Below, piece by piece: positions 10,790 through 20,701 of a stretch of DNA of 64,000 nt. The notes under the pieces were generated by a model. It was not told the DNA's origin and did not search any database. It was given only the letters and a program-made list of their open reading frames with translations. The translations under genes were made by a program, and so were the position numbers. This DNA comes from Sphingomonas adhaesiva. GTDB taxonomy: Bacteria > Pseudomonadota > Alphaproteobacteria > Sphingomonadales > Sphingomonadaceae. Where the stretch lies: NCBI RefSeq assembly GCF_036946305.1, contig NZ_JAQIJJ010000005.1:266052-330051 (forward strand). Reading direction: 5' to 3'. Numbering within the stretch: the first letter of the stretch is position 1; each line of letters opens with the position of its first letter.

Positions 10790-10896
10790 GCCCCTCCCCT
10801 TCAGGGGAGGGGTTGGGGTGGGGCAGTCACAAGCCACGGGCGCCGGTCTCGGTGAGACCTCCCCCACCCCCTACCCCTCCCCTGAAGGGGAGGGGC
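10790..10896. repeat. R3 family palindromic element (GCCCCTCCCCTTCAGGGGAGGGG...)
   Basis: Left arm GCCCCTCCCCTTCAGGGGAGGGGTTGGGGTGGGG. The reverse complement of the right arm is GCCCCTCCCCTTCAGGGGAGGGGTAGGGGGTGGGGG. Related copies at 63629 and a half copy at 48730. Confidence 0.8.
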
Positions 10897-10905
10897 AAAA
10901 ACAGA

Positions 10906-11355
10906 CTACGCCTCGCCCCCTTCCGCCTCCCCCACCCGCGCCACGCCCAGCCGCGGGATGTCGATCGCCGGGCAGCGATCCATCACCACCTTCAACCCCG
11001 CCGCCTCCGCGCGCGCCGCGGCGGCCTGGTCGATCACGCCCAATTGCATCCACACCGCCTTGGCGCCGATCGCGATCGCCGCGTCCACCACCTCGCCCAC
11101 CTTGTCCGAGCGGCGGAAGATATCGACCATGTCGATCGCATCGCCCAGCTGGTGCAGGTCGCGGAAGACGAACTCGCCATGGACATGCTCGCCGGTGATC
11201 TGCGGATTGACCGGGATCACGCGATAGCCATGCGCCTGCAACGTCGCCATCACGCCATAGGACGGCCGCTCGGGCCGGTCGGACGCGCCGACCATGGCGA
11301 TCGTGCGGGTTTCCTCCAGCAGCGCCTTGATATCGGCATCGGCGGTCAACGGCAT
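10906..11355 (-). CDS. CoA-binding domain protein (YccU-like)
   Basis: Reads TIAMVGASDRPERPSYGVMATLQAHGYRVIPVNP ... AKAVWMQLGV. I prefer the ATG at 11355 (MPLTAD). Confidence 0.85.
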   Translation of the reverse strand: MPLTADADIKALLEETRTIAMVGASDRPERPSYGVMATLQAHGYRVIPVNPQITGEHVHGEFVFRDLHQLGDAIDMVDIFRRSDKVGEVVDAAIAIGAKAVWMQLGVIDQAAAARAEAAGLKVVMDRCPAIDIPRLGVARVGEAEGGEA

Positions 11356-11403
11356 CGCGGCTCTCCTTTGAAAGGGTAACGCCGACACTCTCGCTGGGTT
11401 GCC

Positions 11404-11532
11404 GTCGCCCCTGCGCAGGCAGGGGCCTATCACTGTCGAGTAACTGAGACCTGCCGACACACGGGCGACGGCCATGTGTCAACGCCTCGCCAGGACGCCG
11501 CAGACATAGGCCCCTGCCTGCGCAGGGGCGAC
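11404..11532. repeat. R4 element: perfect 27-bp inverted repeat around a 75-bp core
   Basis: 11404-11430 (GTCGCCCCTGCGCAGGCAGGGGCCTAT) is the exact reverse complement of 11506-11532. Each arm also contains its own 7-bp hairpin, CCCCTGC/GCAGGGG. Confidence 0.85.
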
Positions 11533-11533
11533 A

Positions 11534-12478
11534 TCAATGCGAACCCAGCCAGTCCACCACCTGCGCCGCGATCGGCGCGAACACGCGGTCGTCCGCCCCC
11601 GCGGCCGGCGGCTGCCCCGCATCCGACGCCCGCCGGATCGCGATATCCAGCGGCACCCGCCCCAGGAACGCGATCCCCTCCTCGCGCGCCGCGGCCTCCG
11701 CGCCGCCGCGCCCGAACGGGTCGGACACCTCGCCGCAATGCGGGCAGGCATAGCCCGCCATATTCTCGACCAGCCCGATGATCGGCACGCCCGCCTTGCG
11801 GAACAGGTCGATCGCGCGTCGCGCGTCGATCAGCGCCAGGTCCTGCGGCGTCGACACGATCACCGCGCCCGCCGGGCGATGCTTCTGCACCATCGTCAGC
11901 TGGACGTCCCCGGTGCCGGGCGGCAGATCGACCACCAGCGTATCGGTAACGCCCCAGTCCGCCTCGACCAGCTGCCCCAGCGCGCCCGCGGTCATCGGCC
12001 CGCGCCACGCCAGCGCGCGCCCCGGCTCCACCAGCTGCCCCATCGACAACAGCGGCACGCCATAGGGCGTCGCCACCGGCAGCAGCACCTTGTCGCGCGC
12101 CTCGGGGCGGGTGCCCTCCACCGCCATCAGCCGCGGCTGCGACGGACCGTAGATATCGGCATCGACCAGCCCGGTACGCCGCCCGGCGCGCGCCAGCGCG
12201 ATGGCGAGATTGGCCGACAGCGTCGACTTGCCCACCCCGCCCTTCCCGCTGGCCACCGCGACGATGCGCCGCGCCGCGCGCTCCGCGGTGACGACGGTAC
12301 GCACCTCATAGCCCGGCACCGCCGCCGCCATCCGCACGCTCGCCTCCAGCGCGTCGCGCGCGGGCGCATCCAGCCCGCTGGCGTCGATCACCACGCCGAT
12401 CCGCCGCCCCTCGACCCGCACCGTCGCGCGCGTTCCCGCGACCGCGGAAACGGCCGCCTTCACTGCTACTTCGTCCAT
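11534..12478 (-). CDS. apbC: Mrp/ApbC/NBP35-family Fe-S cluster carrier ATPase
   Basis: Deviant Walker A SGKGGVGKST and the CPHC motif (YACPHCGE). Confidence 0.92.
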   Translation of the reverse strand: MDEVAVKAAVSAVAGTRATVRVEGRRIGVVIDASGLDAPARDALEASVRMAAAVPGYEVRTVVTAERAARRIVAVASGKGGVGKSTLSANLAIALARAGRRTGLVDADIYGPSQPRLMAVEGTRPEARDKVLLPVATPYGVPLLSMGQLVEPGRALAWRGPMTAGALGQLVEADWGVTDTLVVDLPPGTGDVQLTMVQKHRPAGAVIVSTPQDLALIDARRAIDLFRKAGVPIIGLVENMAGYACPHCGEVSDPFGRGGAEAAAREEGIAFLGRVPLDIAIRRASDAGQPPAAGADDRVFAPIAAQVVDWLGSH

Positions 12479-12551
12479 GGCAACGATCCGTTACGCGCGG
12501 CGAGGCGGCTTGCCACTGTTTTTCGCCACCGCGACACCTATAAAGACCCTC

Positions 12552-13691
12552 ATGACCATCCTGCGACGCTGGCTCCGGCGCCCGATCATCCTTGCCGCCG
12601 ACAATTCCAACGGCCCCTGGGGCGGCGGCAACGACGACAATGCCGGCCCGCGCAACCCGTGGTCGGTGCCGCCCGGCGGGCGTCGCCCGACGAACAAGCC
12701 GACCGCGCTCGACGATTTCCTGAAGAAGGCGCGCGGCGGTGGCGGCGGCTTCGGCGGGGGAGGCAACGGCGGCGGGCCGCAACTGCCGCTGGGCGCCAAC
12801 GCACGCGCGCTGTGGATGATCGGCGCGGCGCTGCTGGTCGGGCTGTGGGTGATCTTCACCTCGGTGCATCAGATCGGGCCGCAGCAGCGCGGCGTCGTCA
12901 CCTATCTCGGCCGCTATTCGGGCGAGCTGGAGCCGGGCATCCGCGTCACGCTGCCCGCCCCCTTCGTCAACGTGGTGAAGGTCGACGTGGAGCAGGTGCG
13001 CACCGACGAATTCCCGCAGGACGGGGGCGAGATGGTGCTGACCGGCGACCAGAATATCATCGACCTCGCCTATACGGTGCGCTGGCGCGTGTCGGATGCG
13101 CGCAATTACGTGTTCGAGATCAAGGATCCGCAACAGACCGTGCGCGCCACCGCGGAGAGCGCGATGCGCGCGGTGCTGGCGACGACGACCCTGACCGAGG
13201 CGATCGGCGCGGGCCGCACCACGATCGAGGCGCGCGTGGCGCAGATGATGCAGCAGATCCTCGACAGCTATCAGGCCGGCGTGCGCGTCCAGGGCGTGTC
13301 GATCAAGCAGGCGTCCGCGCCGTCGCAGCTGGCCGACGACTTCAACGCCGTCACCGCCGCGCAGCAGGAGGCGGTCGGCAACCTCAACAACGCGCGCAGC
13401 TATTCGCAGCAGGTGATCGCGCGCGCGCAGGGCGAGGCATCGGCGTTCGACCAGGTGTACGAACAATATCGCCTCGCGCCCGAGGTGACGCGTCGCCGCA
13501 TGTATTACGAGACGATGGAGGCCGTGCTGGCCAGGACCGACAAGACGATCGTGGAAACGCCGGGTGTGACGCCGTACTTGCCGCTGGATCGCGCCCGCCG
13601 GCTTCCGGAACCGGGCGCGCAGGAGGCCGCGCCGGCCGCCGCCCAGCCGCAATCCCAGTCTGCACCCCAGCAGCAGGGGGGGCAGCGCTGA
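12552..13691 (+). CDS. hflK: FtsH protease modulator HflK
   Basis: N-terminal GPWGGG tract, one TM segment and an SPFH/band-7 domain. I prefer the ATG at 12552 because the track start at 12477 overlaps the divergent mrp start codon. Confidence 0.88.
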   Translation: MTILRRWLRRPIILAADNSNGPWGGGNDDNAGPRNPWSVPPGGRRPTNKPTALDDFLKKARGGGGGFGGGGNGGGPQLPLGANARALWMIGAALLVGLWVIFTSVHQIGPQQRGVVTYLGRYSGELEPGIRVTLPAPFVNVVKVDVEQVRTDEFPQDGGEMVLTGDQNIIDLAYTVRWRVSDARNYVFEIKDPQQTVRATAESAMRAVLATTTLTEAIGAGRTTIEARVAQMMQQILDSYQAGVRVQGVSIKQASAPSQLADDFNAVTAAQQEAVGNLNNARSYSQQVIARAQGEASAFDQVYEQYRLAPEVTRRRMYYETMEAVLARTDKTIVETPGVTPYLPLDRARRLPEPGAQEAAPAAAQPQSQSAPQQQGGQR

Positions 13692-14566
13692 TGCCCGCCT
13701 GGTTGCGCAATCCCGTCGCCGCGGGCCTGCTCGCGCTCGCGCTCGTCATCATCGCCGCCGCGACCTTCGCGATTGTCCCGGAGACGCAGCAGGCGGTCGT
13801 GCTGCGGCTCAACAACCCGGTGCGACTGGTCAACCAGTGGCAGCCGGGGCAGGTCATCGGCCGCACCGGCGCGGGCGTGATCGCGCGCATCCCGTTCGTC
13901 GACAAGATCGTGTGGGTCGACAAGCGCGTGCTCGACGCCGATCTCGACAATACGCTGGTGCTCTCGACCGACCAGCTGCGGCTCAACGTCGACGCCTTCG
14001 CGCGCTTCCGCATCGTCGATCCGCTGAAGGCGGTGACCTCCACCGGCAGCACGTCGAACACCGAGGAGCGCGTCGCGGACCAGCTGCGCCCGCTGCTCGG
14101 CACCGCGCTGCGCAACGAACTGGGCAAGGTGCCCTTCTCGATCCTGCTCAGCCCCGAGCGCGGCCGCGTGATGGACGCGATCCAGGACTCGCTGCAGCGC
14201 TATGCGCGCCAGTACGGTGCGGAGATCGTCGACGTCCGCATCAAGCATGCCGACCTGCCGGAGGGCAGCCCGCTCGACAGCGCGCTCCAGCGGATGCGCA
14301 CCGCGCGGCAGCAGGAGGCGAACACGATTCGTGCCCAGGGCCAGAAGCAGGCGCAGATCGTCCGCGCCGAGGCGGATGCGCAGGCCGCGCGCATCTATGC
14401 CGATGCCTTCAGCAAGGATGCCGACTTCTACGACTTCTATCGCGCGATGCAGAGCTATCGGCATACCTTCGGCGCCGATGGCGGGCCGCGTCCGGAAGGC
14501 TCGACCAACATCATCATGAGCCCCAACAACGCCTATCTGCGCGAATTCAACGGCCGTGGGCGCTGA
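13691..14566 (+). CDS. hflC: FtsH protease modulator HflC
   Basis: Starts MPAWLRNPVAAGLLALALVII, followed by a band-7 domain. The ATG overlaps the hflK stop (TGATG). Only the last 291 codons of track ORF 11537..14566 are real. Confidence 0.92.
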   Translation: MPAWLRNPVAAGLLALALVIIAAATFAIVPETQQAVVLRLNNPVRLVNQWQPGQVIGRTGAGVIARIPFVDKIVWVDKRVLDADLDNTLVLSTDQLRLNVDAFARFRIVDPLKAVTSTGSTSNTEERVADQLRPLLGTALRNELGKVPFSILLSPERGRVMDAIQDSLQRYARQYGAEIVDVRIKHADLPEGSPLDSALQRMRTARQQEANTIRAQGQKQAQIVRAEADAQAARIYADAFSKDADFYDFYRAMQSYRHTFGADGGPRPEGSTNIIMSPNNAYLREFNGRGR

Positions 14567-14704
14567 CATCGCCAACATCGGCGGCCTTGGCCCGGCCCGG
14601 GACAGAAAGCCGTTGTCCCGCGTTCATATTCAATCGGCGTTCATCGCACGATCGACACTGTGCGACGCGTCGTTCCCCTTACATTGACGGGTGATTGAGA
14701 GGAC

Positions 14705-16246
14705 ATGAAGAAAGTGCGGTACGCCTACGCCCTCACCGGCGCCATCCTCCTCGGCGGCACCGCGGCGTCGCTGACGCTGCAGAACCCGGCCACCGCGCAG
14801 GTCGCTCAGAACGAGCCCGGCGCGATCAACGCCGCCGCGCCACGCGCCGGCGCCCCGATGAGCTTCGCCGACATGGTCGCGAAGCTCCAGCCCGCGGTCG
14901 TCAACATCTCCACCACGCAGAAGGTCACCGTCCAGCAGCAGGCGAACCCGTTCGCGGGCACGCCGTTCGGCGAGCTGTTCGGCCAGTTCGGCGGCGGTGG
15001 GGGCGGCAGCGGCGGTGCGCCCGTCACGCGCGAGGGCCAGTCGCTGGGTTCCGGCTTCCTGATCTCCGCCGACGGCTATGTCGTCACCAACAACCACGTC
15101 ATCGCCCCCGCCGCGCGCGGGGCGACCGTCGAATCGATCACCGTCACCTTGCAGGATCGCAAGGAATATAAGGCGAAGCTGATCGGGCGCGATCCCACCT
15201 CCGACCTGGCGGTGCTGAAGATCGAATCGGGCACGCCGCTGCCGTTCGTCCGGCTGGGTGATTCGACCAAAGCGCGCGTCGGCGACTGGGTCGTCGCGAT
15301 CGGCCAGCCGTTCGGGCTGGGCGGCACGGTGACCGCGGGCATCGTCTCGGCGGTGCATCGCGCTACCGGGAACGGTCCGTTCGACAGTTTCATCCAGACC
15401 GACGCCGCGATCAACCAGGGCAATTCGGGCGGCCCGATGTTCAACATGAACGGCGACGTGATCGGCATCAACAGCCAGATCTATTCGCAGTCGGGCGGCA
15501 ACATCGGCATCGGTTTCGCCATCCCTGCCAGCGAGGCGAAGCCGATCCTCGATACGCTGATGAAGGGCCAGAAGGTCCAGCGCGGCTATCTGGGCGTCGG
15601 CATCCAGCCGGTGAACGACGACATCGCCGCCGCGCTCGGCCTGCCCAAGAACCAGGGCGAGATCATCGGCCGGGTCGAGCCGGGCGGCCCGGGCGCGCGC
15701 GCCGGCCTGCGCGCGGGCGATGTGGTGACGCAGATCAACGGCGAGGCGGTGACGCCGGATCGCACCTTGTCCTACCTCGTCGCCAATGCGGCGCCGGGGT
15801 CGACGATCCGCATGAACGTCATCCGCGACGGCAAGCCGACGACGCTCACCGCCACCGTCGCGACCCGCCCGTCGGAGGATCAGCTCGCCTCGCTGACCGG
15901 TGCCGGGGACGACGACGATGCGATGCCCGACGATGGCGCGCAGGCGACCGCACCCAGCTCGATCGGCGTGACCGTCCAGCCGCTGACCCCGCAGATCGCA
16001 CGCCAGGTCGGCGTCGATTCGACGGTGCAGGGCGTGGTGGTCAGCGCAGTCGATCCGTCGAGCGATGCGGGTCAGAAGCTGAAGCGTGGCGACGTGATCT
16101 CCTCGATCAACTCGCAGCCGGTCCGCACCGCCGCCGATGTCGCGCGCATCGTCGCCGCGGCCAAGTCGGCGGGCCGCCCGCAGGTGCTGCTCAACATCAC
16201 CCGCCAGCGCACCAGCGGCGTCTTCATCCCGGTGAAGATCCGCTAG
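14705..16246 (+). CDS. degP: periplasmic serine endoprotease DegP/HtrA (Do family)
   Basis: Signal peptide, catalytic-serine motif GNSGGPMF and two PDZ-like regions. It sits downstream of hflKC. Confidence 0.93.
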   Translation: MKKVRYAYALTGAILLGGTAASLTLQNPATAQVAQNEPGAINAAAPRAGAPMSFADMVAKLQPAVVNISTTQKVTVQQQANPFAGTPFGELFGQFGGGGGGSGGAPVTREGQSLGSGFLISADGYVVTNNHVIAPAARGATVESITVTLQDRKEYKAKLIGRDPTSDLAVLKIESGTPLPFVRLGDSTKARVGDWVVAIGQPFGLGGTVTAGIVSAVHRATGNGPFDSFIQTDAAINQGNSGGPMFNMNGDVIGINSQIYSQSGGNIGIGFAIPASEAKPILDTLMKGQKVQRGYLGVGIQPVNDDIAAALGLPKNQGEIIGRVEPGGPGARAGLRAGDVVTQINGEAVTPDRTLSYLVANAAPGSTIRMNVIRDGKPTTLTATVATRPSEDQLASLTGAGDDDDAMPDDGAQATAPSSIGVTVQPLTPQIARQVGVDSTVQGVVVSAVDPSSDAGQKLKRGDVISSINSQPVRTAADVARIVAAAKSAGRPQVLLNITRQRTSGVFIPVKIR

Positions 16247-16267
16247 GCGGCTGCCCGCGCCCCCTCC

Positions 16268-16360
16268 GTCACCCCGGGCTTGTCCCGGGGTCCAGGGTTC
16301 CGCGCACCAATGCTGGCGAGGCTTGCGGAACCCTGGATGCCGGGACAAGCCCGGCATGAC
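16268..16360. repeat. R1 family nested palindrome
   Basis: GTCACCCCGGGCTTGTCCCGGGGTCCAGGGTTCCGCG ... CGCGGAACCCTGGATGCCGGGACAAGCCCGGCATGAC. Confidence 0.8.
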
Positions 16361-16427
16361 GACGTGGGTTCGGGATGACGTTGCCGATAAGTCAAGTTAA
16401 GCTCCCCCCAATCGTGGAGGAGCGGGC

Positions 16428-18092
16428 ATGAGCGACGACGGCATCTTCATCGGCGCAGGTCCCGGTGGCACGGCACCGCAGCATCTCAACCTGCGCCGCG
16501 CCAATCGCCACGGACTGATCGCGGGCGCGACCGGCACCGGCAAGACGGTGACGCTGCAAGGCGTGGTGGAGGGCTTCTCCGCCGCCGGCGTCGCCTGTTT
16601 CGTCGCCGATGTGAAGGGCGACCTCTCCGGCCTCGCGCTCGCCGGCTCGCCCGCCGCCAAGACCCATGCCGCCTTCGCCGCGCGCGCCGCGGACATCGGC
16701 GACACCGACTGGCATTATGCGGATACGCCGGTACAATTCTGGGACCTGTACGGCGAACAGGGCCATCCCGTCCGCACCACCGTCAGCGAGATGGGGCCGC
16801 TGCTGCTCGCCCGGCTGATGGGGCTGAACGAGGTGCAGGAGGGCGTGCTGACCATCGCCTTCCACGTCGCCGATGCCGAAGGGCTGTTGCTGATCGATCT
16901 CGACGATCTCCAGGCGATGCTGGCGCATTGCGCGGAGCGGGCCGAGGAGCTGACCACCAGCTACGGCAATGTGTCGAAGCAGTCGATCGGCGCGATCCAG
17001 CGCGCCTTGCTCCAGCTGCGCTCGCAGGGTGCGGCCAATTTCTTCGGCGAGCCGGCGCTGGAGCTGGACGATTTCCTCGGCACCGACGACCGCGGCCGTG
17101 GCATCGTCAACGTGCTGGCCGCGGACAAATTGATGGCCGCGCCCAAGCTCTACGCCACCTTCCTGCTGTGGCTGCTGTCGGAACTGTTCGAGCATCTGCC
17201 CGAGGTCGGCGACCCGGAGAAGCCGACGCTGTGCTTCTTCTTCGACGAAGCGCATCTGCTGTTCGACGATGCGCCGGACGCGCTGATGGAGAAGGTAGAG
17301 CAGGTCGTCCGCCTGATCCGCTCCAAGGGGGTGGGCGTCTATTTCATCACGCAGAACCCGATCGACATCCCCGACAAGGTCGCCGGCCAACTGGGCAACC
17401 GCATCCAGCACAAGCTGAACGCCTTCACCCCGCGCGACCAGAAAGCGGTGCGCGCCGCGGCGGAAACGTTTCGCGCCAACCCGGCGGTCGACGTCGCCAG
17501 CGCGATCACCGAGCTGAAGACGGGCGAGGCGCTGGTGTCGCTGCTTCAGCCCGATGGCGCGCCAGCGCCGGTCGAACGCACGCTGATCGCACCGCCTGCC
17601 AGCCGCGTTGGCCCGGTGACGCCCGACGAGCGCCGCGTGCTGATCCAGACCGACCGCATCGGCGCGAAATACGACACCGTCGTCGACCGCGAATCGGCGG
17701 AGGAGCTGCTCGCCGCCAAGACGCAGGAGGCCGCCGCCGCGCTCGCCGCCGCCCGCGCGAAGGACGATGCGGAGAAGGCGGCGGCGCTCGCCGCGAAGGA
17801 GCAGGCGAAGGCCGCGAAGGATGCCGAGCGCACGCACGTCGCCGCGCAACGCGACGCCGATCGCCAGGCGCGCGAGGACGAGCGCGCACGCCGCGCCGCC
17901 GAGCGCGAGGCGGCGAACAACCCGTGGAACAAGGCGCTCACCTCCGCCAGCCGCTCCGCCTCCTCCGCGATCGGGCGCAGCGTCGCGAACGAGGTGACCA
18001 AGGCGGTGCTGGGCTCCGGCCGCGGCAGGAGCGGCGGCGGGCTGCTGGGGCAGGTGATGCGCGGGGTGCTGGGCGGGCTGCTGCGGCGATAG
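16428..18092 (+). CDS. DUF853 / HerA-like NTPase (YjgR type)
   Basis: Walker [10 protein letters not shown] and Walker [11 protein letters not shown], with a low-complexity A/K/E/R-rich C-terminus. Confidence 0.88.
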   Translation: MSDDGIFIGAGPGGTAPQHLNLRRANRHGLIAGATGTGKTVTLQGVVEGFSAAGVACFVADVKGDLSGLALAGSPAAKTHAAFAARAADIGDTDWHYADTPVQFWDLYGEQGHPVRTTVSEMGPLLLARLMGLNEVQEGVLTIAFHVADAEGLLLIDLDDLQAMLAHCAERAEELTTSYGNVSKQSIGAIQRALLQLRSQGAANFFGEPALELDDFLGTDDRGRGIVNVLAADKLMAAPKLYATFLLWLLSELFEHLPEVGDPEKPTLCFFFDEAHLLFDDAPDALMEKVEQVVRLIRSKGVGVYFITQNPIDIPDKVAGQLGNRIQHKLNAFTPRDQKAVRAAAETFRANPAVDVASAITELKTGEALVSLLQPDGAPAPVERTLIAPPASRVGPVTPDERRVLIQTDRIGAKYDTVVDRESAEELLAAKTQEAAAALAAARAKDDAEKAAALAAKEQAKAAKDAERTHVAAQRDADRQAREDERARRAAEREAANNPWNKALTSASRSASSAIGRSVANEVTKAVLGSGRGRSGGGLLGQVMRGVLGGLLRR

Positions 18093-18169
18093 CGCGCTAC
18101 CCTCTCCCCGGCCTTCGCCGAATCTATGCCGAAGATGACGACGGTAGCGCCACTTGCTAGGCCGCCCCG

Positions 18170-18685
18170 ATGCCGATCTTCACCGCCATCCCGCATGCCG
18201 ACATCGTCGCGCTCATCCGCACGCTTGCCGGCGCGCTCCGGGCCGACGACTGGATGCCGACGCATATCATCGGCATCGGTCGCGGCGGGCTGATCCCGGC
18301 GGTGTATCTCAGCCACGCGACGGGGTGGCCGATGCGGTCGGTCGACTATTCGTCGCAATCGGAGGAACTGGCCGCGGACGCCATCGCCAGGCTGGCCGCG
18401 CGCACCCGCGCCGGCGAGCGGCTGCTGTTCGTCGACGATATCAACGACAGCGGCCGCACGATCGGCCATCTGCGCGCGATGATGGCGCTTGAAGAGGCGC
18501 CGTCAGGGGCGGTGCGCTTCGCCACGCTGATCGACAATGTCCGCTCGCACCAGCGCGTCGACTATGCCGCGCGCACGATCGATCGCGACGTGACCAAGGA
18601 CTGGTTCGTCTTCCCCTGGGAGGCGATGGCCCCCGACAGCGCGATCGCGGCCGATGCGGCGGAGGTGCCGGACCGGATCACCTGA
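18170..18685 (+). CDS. phosphoribosyltransferase-family protein
   Basis: PRPP-binding loop LLFVDDINDSGRT. Confidence 0.8.
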   Translation: MPIFTAIPHADIVALIRTLAGALRADDWMPTHIIGIGRGGLIPAVYLSHATGWPMRSVDYSSQSEELAADAIARLAARTRAGERLLFVDDINDSGRTIGHLRAMMALEEAPSGAVRFATLIDNVRSHQRVDYAARTIDRDVTKDWFVFPWEAMAPDSAIAADAAEVPDRIT

Positions 18686-18725
18686 GGTTCAGCCGGGCAT
18701 GCCGGTCATGCACGCCATCCGCACG

Positions 18726-19682
18726 TCAGGGCTTGATCAGCCCGATCTCCACCAGCCGCTCGCGCAGATAACCGTTGGCGGTGATCGGCTGCGGATAGCG
18801 GTCGGGGTTCTCCGCGGTGACCGTCTGCGGCAGCGTCTCGATCAGGAAATCGGGTGCGGGGTGGAGGAAGAAGGGCATCGAATAGCGCGAATGCCCGCGC
18901 CGCTCAGGCGGCGGGTTGACGACGCGGTGGGTGGTCGACGGCAGGACGTGGTTGGTCAGCCGTTGCAGCATGTCCCCGACATTGACGACCATCGCGCCCT
19001 CCGGCGGCTTCACCGCCAGCCATTGCCCGGTCGCGCGGTCGAGCAGTTCCAGCCCAGCCTCCTCCGCCCCCAACAACAGCGTGATGAGGTTGATGTCCTC
19101 GTGCGCGCCCGCCCGCACGCCCTCCGCGTCCGCCGGGATCGGCGGATAGTGCAGCAGCCGCAGCACCGAATTGCCGTCCTTCACGGCATGATCGAACCAG
19201 TCGGGCGTCAGCCCCAGATGCCGTGCGATCGCGGACAGCAGCCGGTCGCCGGCGCGGTCGAACGCGGCGAACAGTTCGACGAACGTGTCCTTGAAGCCTT
19301 CCGGCCGTGCCGGCCAGATGTTGGCCGCCATCTCGTCGGCGAAGCGATGCCCCGCGGGCAGTTCGCGCCCGACGTGCCAGAATTCCTTGAGGTCGACGTG
19401 GCGCGCATCCTTCGCGATCTCAGTCTTGAACGGGGTGTAGCCGCGCGCACCGCCGCCCCCGGCGACGTGATAGCCGCGCTTCTCCGCCTCGGGCAGCGCG
19501 AACAGCGCCTCCGTCTCGCGCCAGGCGCGCGCGATCAGCGGCTGCGGCACGCCATGATCGGCGACGATCGCGAAGCCGAACCGTTCGAACGAGCCACCCA
19601 GCGCAGCGGCGAACGCATCGGGATCGCGATCCTGATCGGTCAGGCTCAGCGTCGGAACCTGGGCGGCGGGGGTGTCGAGCAT
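18726..19682 (-). CDS. 2OG-Fe(II) oxygenase (isopenicillin N synthase-like)
   Basis: About 318 aa, with AGAHEDINLITLL (HxD) and a distal H in LPSTTHRV. Confidence 0.85.
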   Translation of the reverse strand: MLDTPAAQVPTLSLTDQDRDPDAFAAALGGSFERFGFAIVADHGVPQPLIARAWRETEALFALPEAEKRGYHVAGGGGARGYTPFKTEIAKDARHVDLKEFWHVGRELPAGHRFADEMAANIWPARPEGFKDTFVELFAAFDRAGDRLLSAIARHLGLTPDWFDHAVKDGNSVLRLLHYPPIPADAEGVRAGAHEDINLITLLLGAEEAGLELLDRATGQWLAVKPPEGAMVVNVGDMLQRLTNHVLPSTTHRVVNPPPERRGHSRYSMPFFLHPAPDFLIETLPQTVTAENPDRYPQPITANGYLRERLVEIGLIKP

Positions 19683-19801
19683 CGTGCAATCCTGTCGAAT
19701 GTTCTCCGACAGATAGGCGTTTCGCGTGCGTCATGCTAGCGGGGCGGCGGAACCGCGCGCCGCGGTCTGCCGTTCCCCGCCCACCCAGCAGGAGGTTCAT
19801 C

Positions 19802-20143
19802 ATGGGCGGTCAGCATATCCATGGCCAGGGTTCCGGCGACGACGGCTATGACGAGGATGGCTATGACGAGAGCCAGCGTGCGGAGATCCTGGAGGCGACG
19901 CGCGACGGCCCCAGCGACGGCACGATCATCGTCGATCTCGATCCCGACGTCGGCGAGGACGACGATGCGGAGGACGAGGACGAACTGGACTTGACCGATG
20001 GCGAGGTCGGCCAGACCGACGGCAGCGTCGAGCAGGACGATTCCGACGTCGCGGAGGACGAGATGCAGGAGGATTTCGACGACGATGCGGTCGCGGAAGA
20101 CGGTGATCTGGACGATCGCGACGACGTGGCGCTGAAGCCCTAG
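19802..20143 (+). CDS. highly acidic hypothetical protein
   Basis: AGGAGG lies 6 nt before the ATG at 19802 and GC3 is high. The protein is D/E-rich (DLDPDVGEDDDAEDEDELDL...). Confidence 0.55.
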   Translation: MGGQHIHGQGSGDDGYDEDGYDESQRAEILEATRDGPSDGTIIVDLDPDVGEDDDAEDEDELDLTDGEVGQTDGSVEQDDSDVAEDEMQEDFDDDAVAEDGDLDDRDDVALKP

Positions 20144-20186
20144 CGCCGGCATTGACGCCGCGCTGCCCCACGCGCAGGTTGGCCGC

Positions 20187-20687
20187 ATGATCTGGGCGGC
20201 GATCCTGTTGCAGGCGGCCCCGGCCGCGCGGGCGCCGGAGCGGTTCTCGATCCTGGCGCCGGTCGCAGTTCAGCCCTGCACGCGCGGCAAGGCGCCGGAC
20301 GAGATCGTGGTGTGCGCCGATCCGCTGCCCGAACAGGCGCTTCCCCTGCCCAACGAGGCGGTGTCGCCGCGTCCTGTCCCGGTCAACCGCGCGAGGACCG
20401 GCACCGGTGCGCTGGCGGCGGAGGCGTCGCCTTGCGCCTCGCTGACCGGCGGCTGTCAGGTCGGCGTCGACGTGCTGGGCATGGGCACCGCGCTGATTCG
20501 CGGCGTGCAGAAGCTGGTGGCGCCCGGCAGCTGCTGCGAGGATCCGGGCGAGGGCACCAGCACGGGGCGGCTGATCGTGGATGCGGGCAAGGGTGCGGGG
20601 AAACTGTTCCGCCGCAAGCCCGACAAGAGCAATCGCATCCCGATCCCGCTCGACGACACGCCGCCGACGGGCCGAGTTCTACCCTAG
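20187..20687 (+). CDS. hypothetical protein, Cys-containing, probably exported
   Basis: Hydrophobic N-terminus MIWAAILLQAAPAARA. Coding status rests on length and GC3 only. Confidence 0.5.
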   Translation: MIWAAILLQAAPAARAPERFSILAPVAVQPCTRGKAPDEIVVCADPLPEQALPLPNEAVSPRPVPVNRARTGTGALAAEASPCASLTGGCQVGVDVLGMGTALIRGVQKLVAPGSCCEDPGEGTSTGRLIVDAGKGAGKLFRRKPDKSNRIPIPLDDTPPTGRVLP

Positions 20688-20701
20688 GCCGGATCGACAT
20701 T

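Noticed and set aside
12477-12551. hflK start at 12477
   Set aside because: It would overlap the divergent mrp start codon (CATG) and leave no promoter space for either gene. The ATG at 12552 leaves a 73-bp divergent spacer, although the choice remains uncertain.
11537-13690. N-terminal ~720 codons of the 1009-aa ORF 11537..14566
   Set aside because: This part is antisense to mrp and out of frame across hflK. Only the last 291 codons (HflC, from the ATG at 13691) look like a real protein.
16428-18685. HerA-like NTPase plus phosphoribosyltransferase as an anti-phage defence pair
   Set aside because: The NTPase is the widespread DUF853/YjgR type, with native GC and codon usage, sitting in a conserved hflKC-degP neighbourhood. 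The two genes are separated by 77 nt with no coupling, and there is no nuclease, Sir2 or other effector partner.
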